Of a stretch of 46,134 nucleotides of DNA, positions 44,578-46,134 are shown one piece after another; within the stretch, counting starts at the first letter, position 1, and every line of letters begins with the position of its first letter. The DNA lies in the IMG/VR virus record IMGVR_UViG_3300028585_000498, positions 1 to 46,134 of that record; one strand, written 5' to 3'. The notes beneath the pieces are model-generated. The model searched no databases. It worked only from the letters and a program-made list of their open reading frames with translations, and was not told where the DNA came from. Source of the DNA: a virus. Taxonomy: Duplodnaviria > Caudoviricetes. The translations under genes and the position numbers were made by a program.

Positions 44578-44820
44578 ATGGAAACCGAAATTCTCTCCGA
44601 CGAGGAACTGGCCGCACTCACCGGCTACAAGGCCCGGGCCTACCAGCGCCGCTGGCTGATTGATCGCCAGTGGGTGTTCGTTGAAAGCCGTGGCAAGCGC
44701 CCGCTGGTGGGCCGCATGTATGCCCGCATGAAGCTGGGCATGATCAGCCCTACGATTGCCGATCCGAACCCGCCGCCGGCTGCACCGGTATGGACACCAG
44801 ACTACTCGCGAGTGAATTGA
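44578..44820 (+). CDS. xis: Excisionase-like protein (DUF4224 type)
   Basis: LSDEELAALTGYK...YQRRWL; immediately upstream of int. Confidence 0.8.
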   Translation: METEILSDEELAALTGYKARAYQRRWLIDRQWVFVESRGKRPLVGRMYARMKLGMISPTIADPNPPPAAPVWTPDYSRVN

Positions 44821-44821
44821 T

Positions 44822-45871
44822 ATGCGCCCCCGCAAGGCCGACACACGCAACTTGCCGCCTAGGATGTACCAGTGGACACGTACACGAAAAAGCGGAAAGG
44901 TTTGGATCGCCTATTACTATCTGGATATGACAGGCAAGGCGATCCCGTTGGGCAAGGATTTGGACTTGGCCAGGGTCAAATGGGCGGAGCTGGAGGCGAA
45001 GGAAAAGCCGCTTGATCTGCGCACCATGAAAGGCATCTTCGACCGATATATCCGCGACATCGTATCGAAGAAGGCGGCACGGACGCAGAAGGACAATTTC
45101 GCCGAGATCAAGCAGCTTCGGCCGATGTTCGACAGCGCTCCCATCGACTCAATCACCCCAGCAACTATTGCGGGGTACCGCGACGCGCGGACCGCCAAGG
45201 TTCGGGCGAATCGCGAGATTGCCACCCTATCCCACGTTTTCAACATTGCTCGAGAATGGGGACTGACGACCAAAGAAAATCCCTGCCATGGCGTGAGAAA
45301 AAACAAAGAAACACCGAGGGACTATTACGCAAACGATGTGGTTTGGGATGCTGTTTACATGAAAGCAGCTCAAGAGCTGAAAGACGCGATGGACTTGGCA
45401 TATCTGACCGGGCAACGACCGGCAGATGTCTTGGTCATGAGGAAGGACGATGTCGAGGGAAATTACTTGGGTGTTCAGCAGAACAAGACACACAAAAAGC
45501 TGCGTATCCAGATGACTGACGGTGATGAGCCAAACAGCCTAGGCTTGCTGATCGGGAAAATGGCCGAGCGCAATGCTCAGCACATTTGCAGCTATTTGAT
45601 CGTGAGCTCGCGCGGCAAACGGATGACGGCGAAGATGCTTCGCGATCGATGGGACGACGCTAGAGAAAGAGCCAAGAAAGAGGCTAACGAAAAAGGCGAT
45701 GTCCACCTGGCGGAGAAAATCGGAGGCTTCCAGTTCAGAGACATCAGGCCGAAAGCGGCGTCGGAAATCCTCGACGTCGGCGATGCGAGCCTACTCTTGG
45801 GGCACACCAAAGGAGACATTACCGAGCGCGTCTATCGACGAATTGGCGCCATTGCCAAGCCATCGAAATAG
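44822..45871 (+). CDS. int: Prophage integrase (tyrosine recombinase)
   Basis: TGQR, NKT, RDIR, LLGH, VY; adjacent to att. Confidence 0.95.
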   Translation: MRPRKADTRNLPPRMYQWTRTRKSGKVWIAYYYLDMTGKAIPLGKDLDLARVKWAELEAKEKPLDLRTMKGIFDRYIRDIVSKKAARTQKDNFAEIKQLRPMFDSAPIDSITPATIAGYRDARTAKVRANREIATLSHVFNIAREWGLTTKENPCHGVRKNKETPRDYYANDVVWDAVYMKAAQELKDAMDLAYLTGQRPADVLVMRKDDVEGNYLGVQQNKTHKKLRIQMTDGDEPNSLGLLIGKMAERNAQHICSYLIVSSRGKRMTAKMLRDRWDDARERAKKEANEKGDVHLAEKIGGFQFRDIRPKAASEILDVGDASLLLGHTKGDITERVYRRIGAIAKPSK

Positions 45872-45995
45872 CCCCTAAAACCGTTACAAAACTCAAAATC
45901 CGCCCCTTGTAGAATGCGGGCTGTAGAGGTGTCAAAAAATAAACGTATCGTAACGAAAAGCGGCCACAGGCCCCGGTTTCATTGGCTTTGCATAT

Positions 45996-46056
45996 CGGTC
46001 TTGAAAACCGTCGACTGTAACAGGTCCATGAGTTCGAATCCCATCGCCTCCGCCAT
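45996..46056 (+). repeat. att core, right copy (displaced tRNA 3' end)
   Basis: Identical to 824-884. Confidence 0.97.
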
Positions 46057-46063
46057 CTTATAT

Positions 46064-46102
46064 ACGACAAAGCCCTGATTATTCAGGGCTTTGTCGTTTC
46101 TG
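46064..46102 (+). terminator. Original host tRNA terminator
   Basis: Same 15-bp hairpin as 892-930. Confidence 0.85.
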
Positions 46103-46134
46103 CGAGACATGTTTACACAGCAGCGTTTGCGCAT

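Larger units (their letters stand above)
824..46056. mobile_element. Complete temperate prophage (lambdoid early region and head, P2-like contractile tail)
   Basis: Flanking 61-bp direct repeats, integrase at right end, full head, tail, lysis, replication and immunity modules. Confidence 0.97.

Noticed and set aside
45819-46070. 83-aa ORF across the right att
   Set aside because: Antisense reading of the tRNA fragment and integrase end

Overview
The window holds one complete ~45.2-kb temperate prophage from a Pseudomonas-like genome. It is integrated in tRNA-Ser(TGA) beside host yccA and bounded by an exact 61-bp att core (824-884 = 45996-46056). The architecture is mosaic: lambdoid immunity, replication and Q; a lambda-type cos/terminase/portal/Clp/D/E head; a P2/R-pyocin-like contractile tail; and a split lysis cassette. 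Cis sites readable from the sequence include operators, iterons, cosN/cosQ/cosB, two LexA boxes, boxB-boxA and Int arm repeats. Most notable: (1) a decayed cytosine methyltransferase stub directly followed by an SRA-HNH modification-dependent nuclease; (2) eight AT-rich antisense cargo genes interleaved between early-left genes, two behind a duplicated 43-bp promoter cassette; (3) a tandem-duplicated tail chaperone whose extension needs a prfB-like +1 shift at CTT-TAA; (4) a second tyrosine recombinase; (5) a frameshifted head protease. Family names come from motif recognition by eye, not from database searches.
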